DNA from: Camelus ferus
Taxonomy: Eukaryota
Reading direction: 5' to 3'
Length of the DNA: 64,000 nucleotides
Assembly (NCBI RefSeq): GCF_009834535.1
Contig: NC_045696.1
Span: forward strand, 74,402,001 to 74,466,000
Under the pieces are notes generated by a model. It was given only the letters and a program-made list of their open reading frames with translations, was not told where the DNA came from and made no database searches. Of this stretch, positions 11,655-23,732 are shown piece by piece. Every line of letters starts with the position of its first letter. Position 1 is the stretch's first letter. The translations under genes and the position numbers were made by a program.

Positions 11655-13225
11655 GTAAGTGAATGCTTCCGTATATTTTCTGCTGTTGCACTGTAGATTT
11701 TTGACAACCAAAGCACTTAGATTGTTCAGCCCTGCCCTGGAGGCTGGGTTAGCCTGTCTGACTGAGGCCTGCATAACAAGGTAGATCTTGAGAGCCACTA
11801 AGCCTCCAGATGATGCCTCTGATCCACTGACTCCTGCATAATGTCACTATGTATGTTCTGTGTGTACGAATGATGAAAAATAAAGCAGAGCAAGATAAGA
11901 GAACTTTTGGAAATCAAAAGTCCTACTTGAAAAATGAATCAATACATCAGTAATAATTTGGCTGGAAAAAAAGATTTAAACAAGAACTTCTCAAGTGTAT
12001 TATTTTGAAAATGAGAAATGCTACCACCATTACTATAAAACAATGAATATAATTTAGGGGGTGGGGAACAAAAGACTTTTAAAAATTGAGAAGTTTAAAA
12101 CATAGATGTTGCCTAATTTAATTTCTCAGATTGTCTGCAGTAAATTTAGAGATGATTTTTAAAAAAAGAACCAAAATAAATATTTAATATCCCTTAATAT
12201 TGCCTGTCATTTGAGAAACATCTAGGTTGGATTTCATATGGGCCCATAAGGTGAAATGAAAACTGCTTAATAGACCATAAACAATGACATACCAGGTAAT
12301 GGAAGGTATCCAGTTCATGCCACTGAATTGGCATTAGCCCTTAATGTCTTTGTTAATTATCAGGGGAGACAAGATAGCTGCACATCTATTTAATGTGTAA
12401 ATGGCACTGATTCTCAGGGTGATGTAAGCTTCAGTAGAGATAGGGAAATAATTCGCAGGCATCTGAGCAGATGAAGAGGTTAGAAAGAAAGCAGTCAGCA
12501 AGTTACAGAAAGCCAAGTTGAATTTGGAAAATTTCCTATCCAGGCAGTTTGTTTTGCATCGTGGTGATTGCATTAAAGGAGCCATTGTGTCTATTTCTGA
12601 AAAAAAAAAAAAAAAAGAAGAAGAAGAAAAATGACCATCAGAAGATAGGAACCAGAAACAATTGACTTACAGACTTGTTTGTTAGGCCTGGAATAACTGA
12701 GGTAACAGAAGTGGTCTCCTGGGAAAAACCGACTGAATAAAGCATCTCCCCAAAAGGTGGAGAATACGTCCATTCTACAGTGTTCACTCAAAATACCTTC
12801 ATGTTTCTCTTGCTTTGTCTTTACTCTCCTGCTACTGAGTATATGAAGGGGGTGTGAGGATTGGATTTGGCCCTATATCTCTACTTAGTGCCAAATTGTC
12901 AATTCAGTTAATAAGATAAGTGGGACTGGAGCCTGAGTGCTCTGGTAGGCTATTAGCTATCATTTTAACTGTGCCAGAATAATTACTTGGGGTGGTGTGC
13001 TCTTCATCTCCTATAGATCCTGCCCTGTAGACTGGTATTCTGATTAAAGGACTGGACGTCCCTGGCAAACGAACTAGTAAAATACAATTGAATATATTAT
13101 GAGAACACACAGACCTCTACATTTCTCTATTAAAATGAAGTTTTTTTATTTCTTCCTTATTCATGTAGCAGTTACATTCTTACTCTTTTTTTTGGACTTC
13201 TTTAGTATCATTCTACCCCCAAAGC

Positions 13226-13249
13226 TGCTTTGCTTTGCTTTGCTTTGCT

Positions 13250-13290
<41 letters not shown>
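13226..13290 (+). repeat. Compound microsatellite (GCTTT)n(GCTT)n
   Basis: Seen directly in the sequence. Confidence 0.95.
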
Positions 13291-13291
<1 letters not shown>

Positions 13292-15343
13292 TTTCTTTTT
13301 TTTCCCTAAAGCTTCTTTTTGTTTTAAGTAAATTTGGGGAGTCAGAAAAGGGAGTCATTGTTCTTTTTTTAATGTGGCACTTTACACAGAATTTATGTTG
13401 TTGTGCCTGAACGTATTTTATTAACTAAGTTTAATACGGACTCTTTTTAAAGAGAGAACCCACTTTCCTGCCTCTTCAGAAAATAAGGCTTTTCTTACTA
13501 TAGTTATCATATTTCCTCCAGTGCTATTGGACCAGTTGGCACCAGCTGGCATTGACCCAGCTTTGCTGAGTCATTCATGTCAAAACATGTTTCAAAAGAT
13601 GAGTAATTATGAATATGAGTTGGCTTTGGTGTTTGCTGTTGGCAGTGAGAATAGTCCTTCTTTTGGGGGAAGGTTTATTTGGTGTTGATGTAATGAGCAA
13701 ATCCTAGGTTGAAACAATGACAGTGTTGACACCTCAAAGTAAAATATTTGGGAAAACATTCTAATTAGCCTTTATAATACTACAACAAATTCTTCCTAAG
13801 TTTATGAGATCAACATTAAAAGTGTGTCTGTCTGTGTGTAGATGTGTGTAAAATATATTTGTCTGATATTGCTTCATCTCATAGATATTATATATAATAT
13901 ATGTATTTTGGGAGGAATCTTTATGTTCAGTTTAGTCTTCCTATGTCTTTTCAGAAACATGGTAGAAGTCTGTTAGCAATCTTCATATAGTTGCAAAAAG
14001 CTTTTTCAGTAAATGGTGCCAAAAGAAAATCTAAAGAAGATGAACAAGATAGTTGGGGTGCTGTGATGGGCAGAAGTCTACTAATCTCGTTAAGCTTGCC
14101 ATTCAGAAGTTGTGGCTCTACACATGCTGTGCAAGCTATATGCCATTTTATCGGTCATGTGATTTGCAAGTCTTGTACTTCCACAGAAAGCCCACAATTT
14201 TGCCTGTGTAAGCAAATTAATAACAGAAGCAGCACAGAGTACGAGGATTTTGTTCACTCTGGCTGCCCACATTCAAGGGAATGAACAGTGATTTCTGTGT
14301 TATTTCTACATGAGGAAAAGTAATTTTGGAAATGTGTCAGGTTTTATTCTTAAGAGGCAATGTTGTGTTTCTCTTTTTGTGAAATGTTATTGACAAGATT
14401 TCTTTGAGATACACACAAAAACATTCTAGAGAATTCTTAGATCAGTGTTGATGTCCTAAAGTAATAGGAGATGCCATTTAATATGTAATCACACACATCC
14501 ACACACTTCTGTAGTCATTTAAATATAAATGTGTCACATTGACATTTAGGTCCATATTTTCCTCCAGAAATCCCTAGAGCTTTTAAACTTGAAGCATGGG
14601 AAAACAATCAAAGGAAACAATGAATAAAAATCTTCATGCCTCTAAAACCCATTTGATATAAGTATATACATATATTTCATTATATGTATATTATATAACA
14701 TATACAATATACGTATATACAATTATTTTATATATAATTATAATAAAATATATAGAATTAGTTCTATATTTGACTTTCTAGAATAGATATGTAAAGAAAT
14801 TTTAAGTATATACTTTGGATTGTCTTTATTACTTATTAAAACTTTCTTGATTGGAAGGGGATGCATCTTATTTAGGAATAGATTTCATTTACAAATGAAT
14901 TTCCCCTCAAGTTACTGAGATATGGGGAATGGGGGTGGGGGAGTAGACAGTCAAGGACCTTGAGTAAGTGATTGAAAACATTAGACACTTTGAATAAATA
15001 ATGAATTCATTCTACTTTAATTACTGTTTTTAATTAGAATAGAGTCAGCCTAATTCAAAGTTTATGATATGCTGGACCAAGATAGCTTTGTTTCTAAAAT
15101 ATTTTCAAGTTCCAAGCAGACTTAAAGAAGGTAACCAAGGCTGACACAAAATTATAGAGTATTATCATTGTAAAGAGGACACGCTTGTAGATTCCAGCAT
15201 TTCAAACCGATTTTAACAGTATGTCGTGGATTGAGTTGGTTGTAGGACTCAGAGTTGCAGCTGCATATTCTTCAGTGCACTAAGGTGGGGAAATGTCAAA
15301 TGTCAGCCCATTACAACGGGAACAAGTGTAGAGAGACCAGAAT

Positions 15344-15521
15344 CTCGGTTCTCAAATTTTAGCAGCTGCAGAATCCCCTAGAGGGCTTCTCAGAACACAG
15401 ATTGCAGGGCTTCACCCCCAGAGTTTCGGATTCTGCAGGTTGAGGTGGTGCCCAGGAATTTGCATTTCTGAGTCCTCAGCTCCCACTGCTGGTCCCAGAC
15501 CATACTTTGTGAGAACAGCTG
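15344..15521. mobile_element. MER5A hAT MITE
   Basis: ggttctcaaa...agagggcttctcagaacacagattgc...aatttgcatttct...gaccatactttgtgagaacagctg. Confidence 0.8.
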
Positions 15522-15920
15522 GGTCAGAGGAAATAGCTATTGCAGTTCTAAAGAGAAAAAATACATGTATGCCTTGTAATAAATCGACCATTCTTCACCT
15601 GGGCATTACCTGAAATCTGAAAACTGAAATTCACAGACATCCACTGTAATGATGCTAAAAACAAAAGACCACAGCCATTTACAACAAATGGTGCCTGAAA
15701 GACCTTTGCAGTCTGACTGAATTCCATTTAGTAGCCTTGTGATCCTGTGGTAGCCTTTGATGTGAAGTATTTCCTTATTTGTCAAATAATACTCTGCTTC
15801 CTTGTTTGTAAAATAATACGCTACTTTTCCCACCTCTTAGAGTTTCTCTAAGAAGATAAAATTTGTTAAAGTGCTTTATAAACTGTAAACCATCATCTTT
15901 TTAATTAGCTATCATCACCG

Positions 15921-16288
15921 CCTGTTAGTCAGCTTGGCTTCCCATATAAAATATCATAAACTGGGTGGCTTAAATAACACATATGTATTTCTCACAGCTC
16001 TGGAGGCTAGAAAGTCTAAGATCAGCACACTGGCATGGTTGGTTTCTGGTGAAGGCTCTCTTCTTGGCTTGTAGATGACCACCTTCTCACTGTATCCTCA
16101 CATCCTCATATGGCAGAGACAGAGAGAGAGCTCTGGTGTCTCTTCCTCTTCTGCTTAGGGCCCCATCCTTATGGCATCATTTAACCATTATCACCTCCTC
16201 ACAGACCCTATCTCTTACAACGGTCACATTGGGGGGTAGGGCTACAACAACATACGAATTTGGAGGAGACAGACATTCAGTCTGTAAC
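15921..16288 (-). mobile_element. MLT1-type (ERVL-MaLR) solo LTR
   Basis: aaactgggtggcttaaataacac...tctcacagctctggaggctagaaagtctaagatc...ggtcacattgggggtagggc...acattcagtctgtaac. Confidence 0.85.
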
Positions 16289-18139
16289 CCTACCCCACAC
16301 CCCCAATTTAGCAGACAAGAATGTTGAGACCTAGAAAGGTGAATTGGGTTGCCCCAAGTCCCTGGTTAGGTACAGAGAGAGCTCTGGAAGCCAGCCTTCC
16401 CTCCTGACGTCTAGTCCAATACACTGTCCGTCATCCTACACAGCTCTCTAATGTCACCCATTACCTGTCAACTGATAGATGGAAATTAAGAGGCTGTTTT
16501 GCTTCAATGCTCTAGTTGTATAAAATAACTGTCTACTAGGGAAGTACTGTAATTGACCAGTATTTATTTATCAAACACTCACAGGGATAACCTTTTCCAC
16601 AAACACGCCTTAACTGTTTATTTCCCTCTTTGGCTCATATGGCTTCGCTAGGAGAGAAATGCCCTTCAAAGAAAGTATATACAAAAGCAGAGCTGAAGGG
16701 TGGTTATTACCATCTGTTCACCCTTCCTTTCCCTACACACCTCCTCTGGGAGGGCCTCTACCAGGCATGAGAAGCACCATGGAGAGAGACAACACATCCC
16801 TTTCCTAGTTTAAAACCTTTGTGAGAGTCTCCTTTTACATTTGTAGGAGAGGCCTGAGCAGAAAGCAATGGAAACTAGAATTTCTGTGGTTTTTCTCCAA
16901 AGGAAAAGAAGAGACACAGTATGGCCACTCTCTTGTGGTTCTAATAGCACATAAGCACTTAAGGAGGATTGTAACTTTATCCTACTGGTCATTGTAGGAA
17001 TGAATCCTAAAGACGAAAATAAAGGCCAACATGAAAGAAAAATGGAAGAATGAGAAAAACAGATTAACGGGAAAGAATGCTGAGCTTCCTTCTGGTACTA
17101 ACAGTTAGTGTGGTCATACCACCATCTAAGCAGCTGGCCTGATTCTTGGACTCATAAATAGTAAAAGGGATGGGAGTGATGTGTGTCACTGCCTTGTTGT
17201 CCTCAGCACCATCTGGGCAGTGCTTTTTTTTTTTTTTGCCATATCAATGTGGTAACTTAATTTAAATATAACTCAGATCCCATTTACCTCTGAGGAGACC
17301 TACAGAGAATGAGACCCTGTCTCTTGGTGTCACGTATAACACTCTCGCTGGGTACCTTCTTGGAACTCCATATTGGTCATTAAGAACTGAAGCCCCCTCT
17401 AGAGTTGCAGAACAGAGACAAGGGAGCAGCCCAGAGATTCTGAAGCAGGATTATCTAAGACTCTGGCAGGACCAGGCATATTATGCAACTGTGGTTGCCC
17501 CCGTTATGCTCACACCAGACATAGGCTTATTGGCATCTTCCTCAGGAAAGATTGATGGATGAGAAATGGTTCAATGAAAATAAACCATATTTATCTGTGA
17601 TGAGAGAGACTGAATCTTTCCAAATTTGCTGTCTCTCTGAAATCAGGATCAGAGTAAAGAAAGTTTCACTGCTGTAGTCCAATCAATGCCATTTTGTCAG
17701 CAAAGAGATTTATCATCAATATACATTGTATAAGGCAAAGGGAAAGTTTTGCACCAGGTTAAATTAAAAAATTACTGAGATAAAGGCACTTTCACTCATG
17801 TTTTATTCCAAGATATTATCTATTTATGTTAGGTAATATGAAAATAGTTCTGAGTAACCGGTAATTGGAAATTGGGGGGCGTGGAAATCACAGTAATGCA
17901 AAGTATCTTTATTTTTTTCCTTATAGACTCACAATGATGAGTTTATTTTATTTTATTTCACTTCATGCATTTCAGTTTAGTGTACCGATTCCCCTAGGCA
18001 TCACCTCTGATTCTAGGAAAAACAAAAAGGGCCGACCTAATATCTTAATTTTAGAGTCTTCTGCCATGTCAGAAAGATCTGAAGGTAAAAGGCCACTCGT
18101 TGTAGAGTGACACAGGCAGGCGAGAGAGACCAGAAACAA

Positions 18140-18295
18140 AGAGGCTGTTATCCTAGTTTCTAGTCTCGGCTTTGCCACTTGCTATGCAGAAGACCTTGGA
18201 GTGAGCAGTTTAAGTTCTCTGCATTTCTGTTTCTTCATCTGTAAGATGGAATAATATCATCTGGCTCAGACGTCTGTTGTGAGGTTCAAATGGGG
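18140..18295 (+). mobile_element. MIR SINE
   Basis: Core ggctttgccacttgctatgcagaagaccttgg...tctgtttcttcatctgtaagatgg. Confidence 0.7.
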
Positions 18296-18379
18296 ATGCC
18301 TCTCTGAGAGCCTCGTGTCCAGCTCAGCCTCCTTCGGTCAGAGCCAAGTCCAGACTCCAGGGCCACCACTGTTTGCTCT

Positions 18380-18590
18380 CATGCTCTTTCCACCAGCAGC
18401 TCACGCTTCCTGCACGTCGAGTTGGTTGCTACATCACGACATTTTCGCTTGGCTTCCTCCCACTGCTTCACCAGTAAGCAATCTGCGTGCCTTCTGTAGG
18501 ACATGGCCAGGTACTCTAGTCTGATGCCTTTGAGAGCCTGCCAGCTTTTCTGCCACTGCACGCGTTGCCACTGGGAATTTAGCAAAGTTG
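18380..18590 (-). mobile_element. Possible ancient RTE-clade (L4/MamRTE-like) fragment
   Basis: Minus strand reads IRLEY, then after a frameshift GHVLQK, like the RTE C-terminal RLxYxGHVxR motif. Confidence 0.3.
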
Positions 18591-18599
18591 TTACACAAG

Positions 18600-18820
18600 G
18601 GTCAAGAGCAGGGCCTTCACAGTCAGAATCTGAATGAAAACAGGCTACAGCCAGATAGCAGCTGTATTACCTTGGGAAAGTCAACCAGCCTCTCTGAGCC
18701 TCAGGCTGCTCTGCTATACAATGAAGAAATACTACCTATTTCATAAGGTAGTTGTTAGGATTAAGTAAGTTGCTATATAGAAATGCTTAGCAGAGTGCGT
18801 GGTGGGTGCGTAATAGGTGC
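18600..18820 (+). mobile_element. MIR SINE
   Basis: gctgtattaccttgggaaagtcaaccagcctctctgagcctcag...gttgttaggattaag...aaatgcttagcagagtgcgtgg. Confidence 0.75.
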
Positions 18821-20221
18821 TGGGGTTGGTGGTAAAACCCTTAGATTTATTAGGTGTAGAATCCCCTTGGATTTCTTCAAGACTGAGTTATAATAATTCT
18901 AAAAAATAAAGTCTATTCTAAAGTCGTAGATACAAATACCTCCTTGGATCAACCAAGTACAGAAATGAAGGGAATAGACTGTGAGAAAAATAGGGAGTGA
19001 GGAGGACAGTGGCTAATGTCACCCACTGGCCCCTCTAGAGCAGACAGCACCTACCAACTTCAAATAATTGCTCTCTTGTTGAAATGGGCTCAGAATCACC
19101 ACATATACTGATTTTTCAAGAGAAGCAATTGATCTGCTGCTTTTTGAATGTTTATAATAAATTTAAAAGTTTTATAGCAACATGTAGTCAGACAGAACAG
19201 TCTGGGTCTGTATACAGCCGTGGGGTTCCAGTTCGTGACCCGTTATAGTCATGAGACTCTAAGATCAAAGGAGAGGAGGATGGTGACATGGACCTGGGTA
19301 GGCCTCTGCTCTCCTGCTGTTTCTCTCCCACTTTATACCCTCTCCCTTGAAAACTAACCTAACCTAGTTGTCCATCTGGTTAAAATAATGGACGTTAGGT
19401 ATAGTTGTCAGATGGCTTTCAGTACCTCAAAAGGGAACCGGTTACCCTAAAATATAAAGAATCCCTATCTGATAAAATGAGTAGGTCAAATATTTGGAAG
19501 CAGAAGATACTGCTGATATTTCCACCTGTTCAGGGTTTTTACTACCTTCTGTTCTCACCAACTCAGCATCTAAAAAGAGTAAACAAGGTACCAGACTGGT
19601 GGAGTAGCCAGCACCCAGCTTTTCTCCACCAGTCCATCTTCTCCAGTTTCCCAAACAATAATGCGAACCACAGGGCTCAGTTAAAAACTGTGATCACCAA
19701 GAGAGAGACCGTGAGTTACCACTTCAAGTTCAACAAATATCTTGAATGCCATTATATATCTTTATTTTACAATATTAATGTACAGCCTATGTTCATTATA
19801 TGCAGCATAAAAAAAAAACTGGACTTCCAAGCTGGAAAAATATGTTGATGTTATGTAATTTTCAAATGGCCCATTTTTTTTTAATCTAATGGGGAAACGT
19901 GCTGGCAGCATGTTTAGTCACTGACAAAAATACATGCAAAATTGAAATGACAAGAGCTGACATGCTGAGAGTAAAGATGATGTGATATATGAAAATAACA
20001 GCCAAGGACAGTGATGCTTAAACTTAGCCATTTGGAGCACAAACAACTTGAAAAGAAACCATTCAACCTTTCACTGTGGAAGGTTTGTTGTGCTTTTACT
20101 GGTTTTGTTGTTTGGGGATTTGTTTTGTGTTTTGGTGGTATTGTCCTTTTAAATAGATTCATTTGGTCAAGCTGAGAACCGTAGACAATAGAGCTGGAAG
20201 GAACTCAGAAGATAATCTAAC

Positions 20222-20382
20222 CTGGTGGTTTTTAATTGTACTCCGTGGAACCCGTTCCCAGTTGAACGGAGGAAGGGGTCCATGTATGTGATGCCACCCT
20301 TCGAGAACAAGTCAGCCCCTAGGGTGCAGACGAGTTTTGTTTGAAGAAAGGGTGCTGCTGCTAAGAACTCTAAATATATTGG
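20222..20382. mobile_element. hAT-Charlie-type MITE nested in a MIR-like fragment
   Basis: Terminus ctggtggtttttaattgtactccgtggaaccc and internal tttgaagaaagggtgctgctgctaag. TCTA-containing flanks resemble hAT target sites. MIR-like sequence lies on both sides. Confidence 0.45.
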
Positions 20383-22108
20383 TTCTAGTTCAACCAAAAG
20401 AAGTTGAGTCTTAGAGTAGGGAAATAGCTTGACTGCGTCACTAGGTTATTTTTTAACACAGGGAATATTAGAAATCAGGTCTGTAGCCACTAGTCTTGGC
20501 TTCAATCATCTACCCCTAGAACTGCCTTCCTAAATTCACTGCTTCTTATCCTTTCTTCTAAACTCCCTCATGCTGGTAAGCTAAGCATACCAATCAAGCC
20601 AGAAAAATCACTCGAGAAGAGTGTGTATTTCAAGTGTGCAGCTAACTCTATTAATTTGTCTGATAGACTTTTATGAAAGGATGTCTATATGAGATGCTTC
20701 CTACTTCATAAAGAGGTTCTCACAAACTTTGTGACAGCTCTCCGGTATATATCAGGGTACAGATATGAAGGATTTTAAAAGTGGGATTCGAAGCTCCTCC
20801 TTGAGATTTGCAAGGTGTTTGCTCTATGTTGAAGCAGACGGTTTTTGCACAGCTCACCTCTCAGGTCTTCTCCACTGGGATCAGCTGCTCATCTCCCTTT
20901 CAGGTGGCTGTGGGGATTGTGAACCTGGCCCACTGTTCAGCTTCTCGCTTCCAAATCCATCCATTCTGAATTGAGCTGCCAGCGCTTTGTCTAATGAACC
21001 CTGCATGTAACCCTCCTGATTGCTGATTCGATCAGCATCCAGTGTCATAAGGGCTTTGAAAAGCAGCTGTGGGTAGCAATATTTATACTGAATTGATTTA
21101 TGTTACAAATTCAAAATCTGATAAATAAAAATGACTGAGGAACAGACAGACCATACAAAAATGCTTTTTTCTTATTTTGATACTTAATTTAGAGAGTAAA
21201 CTCCCCTTCTTTCTCTCCTGACTTTGGACCTAGATGCCTGAGCTCTGCCATTGCCCTGACCTTGTCACTTTTGTGGTTGTGCTTTTATTTCTCTGCCATC
21301 CAGACTTTGCAGTACGGGTCTTTTCCTTCCTGCTCAGCCCCACTCTCTGATCCCCGCCTCTGGAATGTGTCTCTTATTCTGACACTGCATATATCAGGTT
21401 TCACAGAAACGTAGTTCTTGCAAACCTGTTTTGTTTTGTTTTGTTTTTAATGCTCCATTGCTTCCTTCCCTTTCTTCAAAACAACGCTAAGATTCGGTCA
21501 TTTCAGAGTGAAATTTCCTTCCTGTCTTGTGATCTAGGAAAAACACATGCACACACAAATGATCATTCAATACAATTGTTATTTATTCTTCGTCATAGTA
21601 TTTTTTGACCAAATGATCTCATTCTTGAAACATATGAATAAGTGACTTACTAAAGAAATGGTGAGAGAATGTACCATCTCGGCTTTGTGTTGGATGTTCT
21701 CAATAGAAAAAAACATTCATTCATCACTTTTTGCTAACAAAATTATCTCATTTGTATAATTTGTGAATAATTAATGAATTCTGTTGTAGAAAAACACTAA
21801 GCGTGGAAGTAGTTTTCTTCCAGTCGAAGGTTGTCGAATTATCACTTCCCTACACTCTCAGCTTCTATCTTTAAACTTTAAATGTGTCCCAAAATTGACA
21901 CATTAATTTTTGTGAACTATGGGAGTAATTTCTAAAAAAAAAGAAAGAACAATGGTGCATCAGTTGATGGATTTTTTTAATCAAATTGTTTAGTACAGAA
22001 TAAAACAAATTAAAGCTGACAAACAGGCTTCATTATTCTTAAACTTTTAAGCTGAAGATATAAAACCTTGGAAACTTTGCATTTTAAAAAACTGAAGCAA
22101 TTTGTTTT

Positions 22109-23062
22109 AGTTTTTATTACTGAAGTTTAGTCAGTTTACAATGTTGTGTCAATTTCTGGTGTGCAACATGTTTCAGTCATACATGTACATACATCTATTC
22201 CATTTTATATTCTTTTTCACTATAGGTTACTACAAGACATTAAATATAGTTCCCTGTGCCACACAGTAGGAACTTGTTGTTTGTCTATTTTACGTATGGT
22301 AGTTAGTATCTGCAAAGCTCGAACTCCCAGTTTATCCCTTCCCACCCTCTTCCCACCCTGGTAACCATAAGTTTGTTTTCTATGTCTGTGAGTTTGTTAC
22401 TGTTTTGTAGATAAGTTCATTTGTGTCTTTTTTTCTTATTATTCCATATATAAGTGATCTCATATGGTATTTTTCTTTCTCTTTCTGGCTTACTTCACCT
22501 AGTATGATGATCTCTAGTTCTATCCACATTGCTGCAAATGGCTTTATCTTATCTTTTTATGGCTGAGTAGTATTCCTTTGTATGTATGTGTGTGTACACA
22601 TGTATGTATGTATGTACATACATACACACACCACAACTTCTTTATCCAGTCATTTGTCGATGGACATTTAGGTTTATACACTGTGTTGGCTATTGTAAAT
22701 AGTGCTGCTGTGAACATTGGGGTGCATGTATCTTTTCAAATTAGAGTTCCCTCCAGATATAGGCCTAGGAGTGGGATTACTGGATCATAGGATAACTCAA
22801 TTTTTAGTTTTTAAAGGAATCTCCATACTGTTTTCCATAATGGCTGCACCAAACTGCATTCCCATTAACAATATAGGAGGGTTCCCTTTTCTCCACACCC
22901 TCTTCAGCATTTATCATTTGTGGACTTTTGAATGATGGCCATTCTGACTGGTGTGAGGTGATACTTCATGGTAGTTTTTATTTGCATTTCTCTGATAATT
23001 ATCAATATTGAGCATTTTTTCATGTGCCTATTGGCCATTTGTATGTCTTCACTGGAGAAAAA
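22109..23062 (-). mobile_element. Young 5'-truncated L1 (ORF2 3' end + 3'UTR) with TSD
   Basis: Classic L1 ORF2 3' sequence in antisense. 15-bp TSD gaagcaatttgtttt (22094-22108) / gaagcaatttatttt (23063-23077). Confidence 0.95.
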
Positions 23063-23229
23063 GAAGCAATTTATTTTTCACTAAATGAATGAGCAGTCTT
23101 ACCCTGAGAACAATAGATTTTCAGATTTTTCTGTTTTTCCATTCGCTCCTTCCTCTTTTTGGGAATAGACTTTACTTTTGTTTGTTTGTTTTTTTCTGCC
23201 CTGTTCACAACGTCCTTTGGAATAGGGCA

Positions 23230-23365
23230 ATAATAACACACATTTATGTAGCATTTACTATGTGCTACACCCTATTCTAAACACTTTATATATGTTAATT
23301 CATTTAATCCTCCCAACAAATCCTTGATGTAGGTACCATCATCCCCATTTCACAGTGCACGCTGA
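23230..23365 (-). mobile_element. MIR SINE
   Basis: gcatttactatgtgctacaccctattctaaacacttt...catttaatcctcccaac...atccccatttcacag. Confidence 0.8.
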
Positions 23366-23680
23366 GGCAGGAGTTTTATGCCCGCTGCTGCATTGCACTC
23401 CCCCAAGGAGATGTGCTGTATGCTCAGGCTGTGCAGCTATACATGACCGCCCTGGGTCCAAGGAGTTCACAGTTAGGAAGTTATCCTTTCCTCATGCTTC
23501 CCTGACTTATCAAGGAGATCTGTTACTATCTTTACTGAGCTAGGAATGTAACAGGGTAAAATCTGAGAAAGCCCTTCTATTTGGAAGGGAAAGATGTACA
23601 GGGATAAAGAAAAGCATATATCAATTAAGATGGGTAAACTGAAAAAGAAATATTCTCCCTTCAAAAGACAGTATTCCTGC

Positions 23681-23732
23681 GTGTGTGTGTGTGTGTAAAA
23701 GAGGAAGAGAGAGAGAGAGAGAGAGAGAGAGA
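23681..23732 (+). repeat. (GT)n and (GA)n microsatellites
   Basis: Seen directly in the sequence. Confidence 0.95.

Noticed and set aside
16770..16790. REST/NRSE-like AGCACCATGGAGAG (and TCAGCACC at ~17203)
   Set aside because: Mismatches in the conserved TC of the left half-site, or wrong spacing; too weak to call.
19405..19848. Longest ORF in the track (147 aa)
   Set aside because: TTG start, no recognisable domain and no convincing splice context; within chance expectation.
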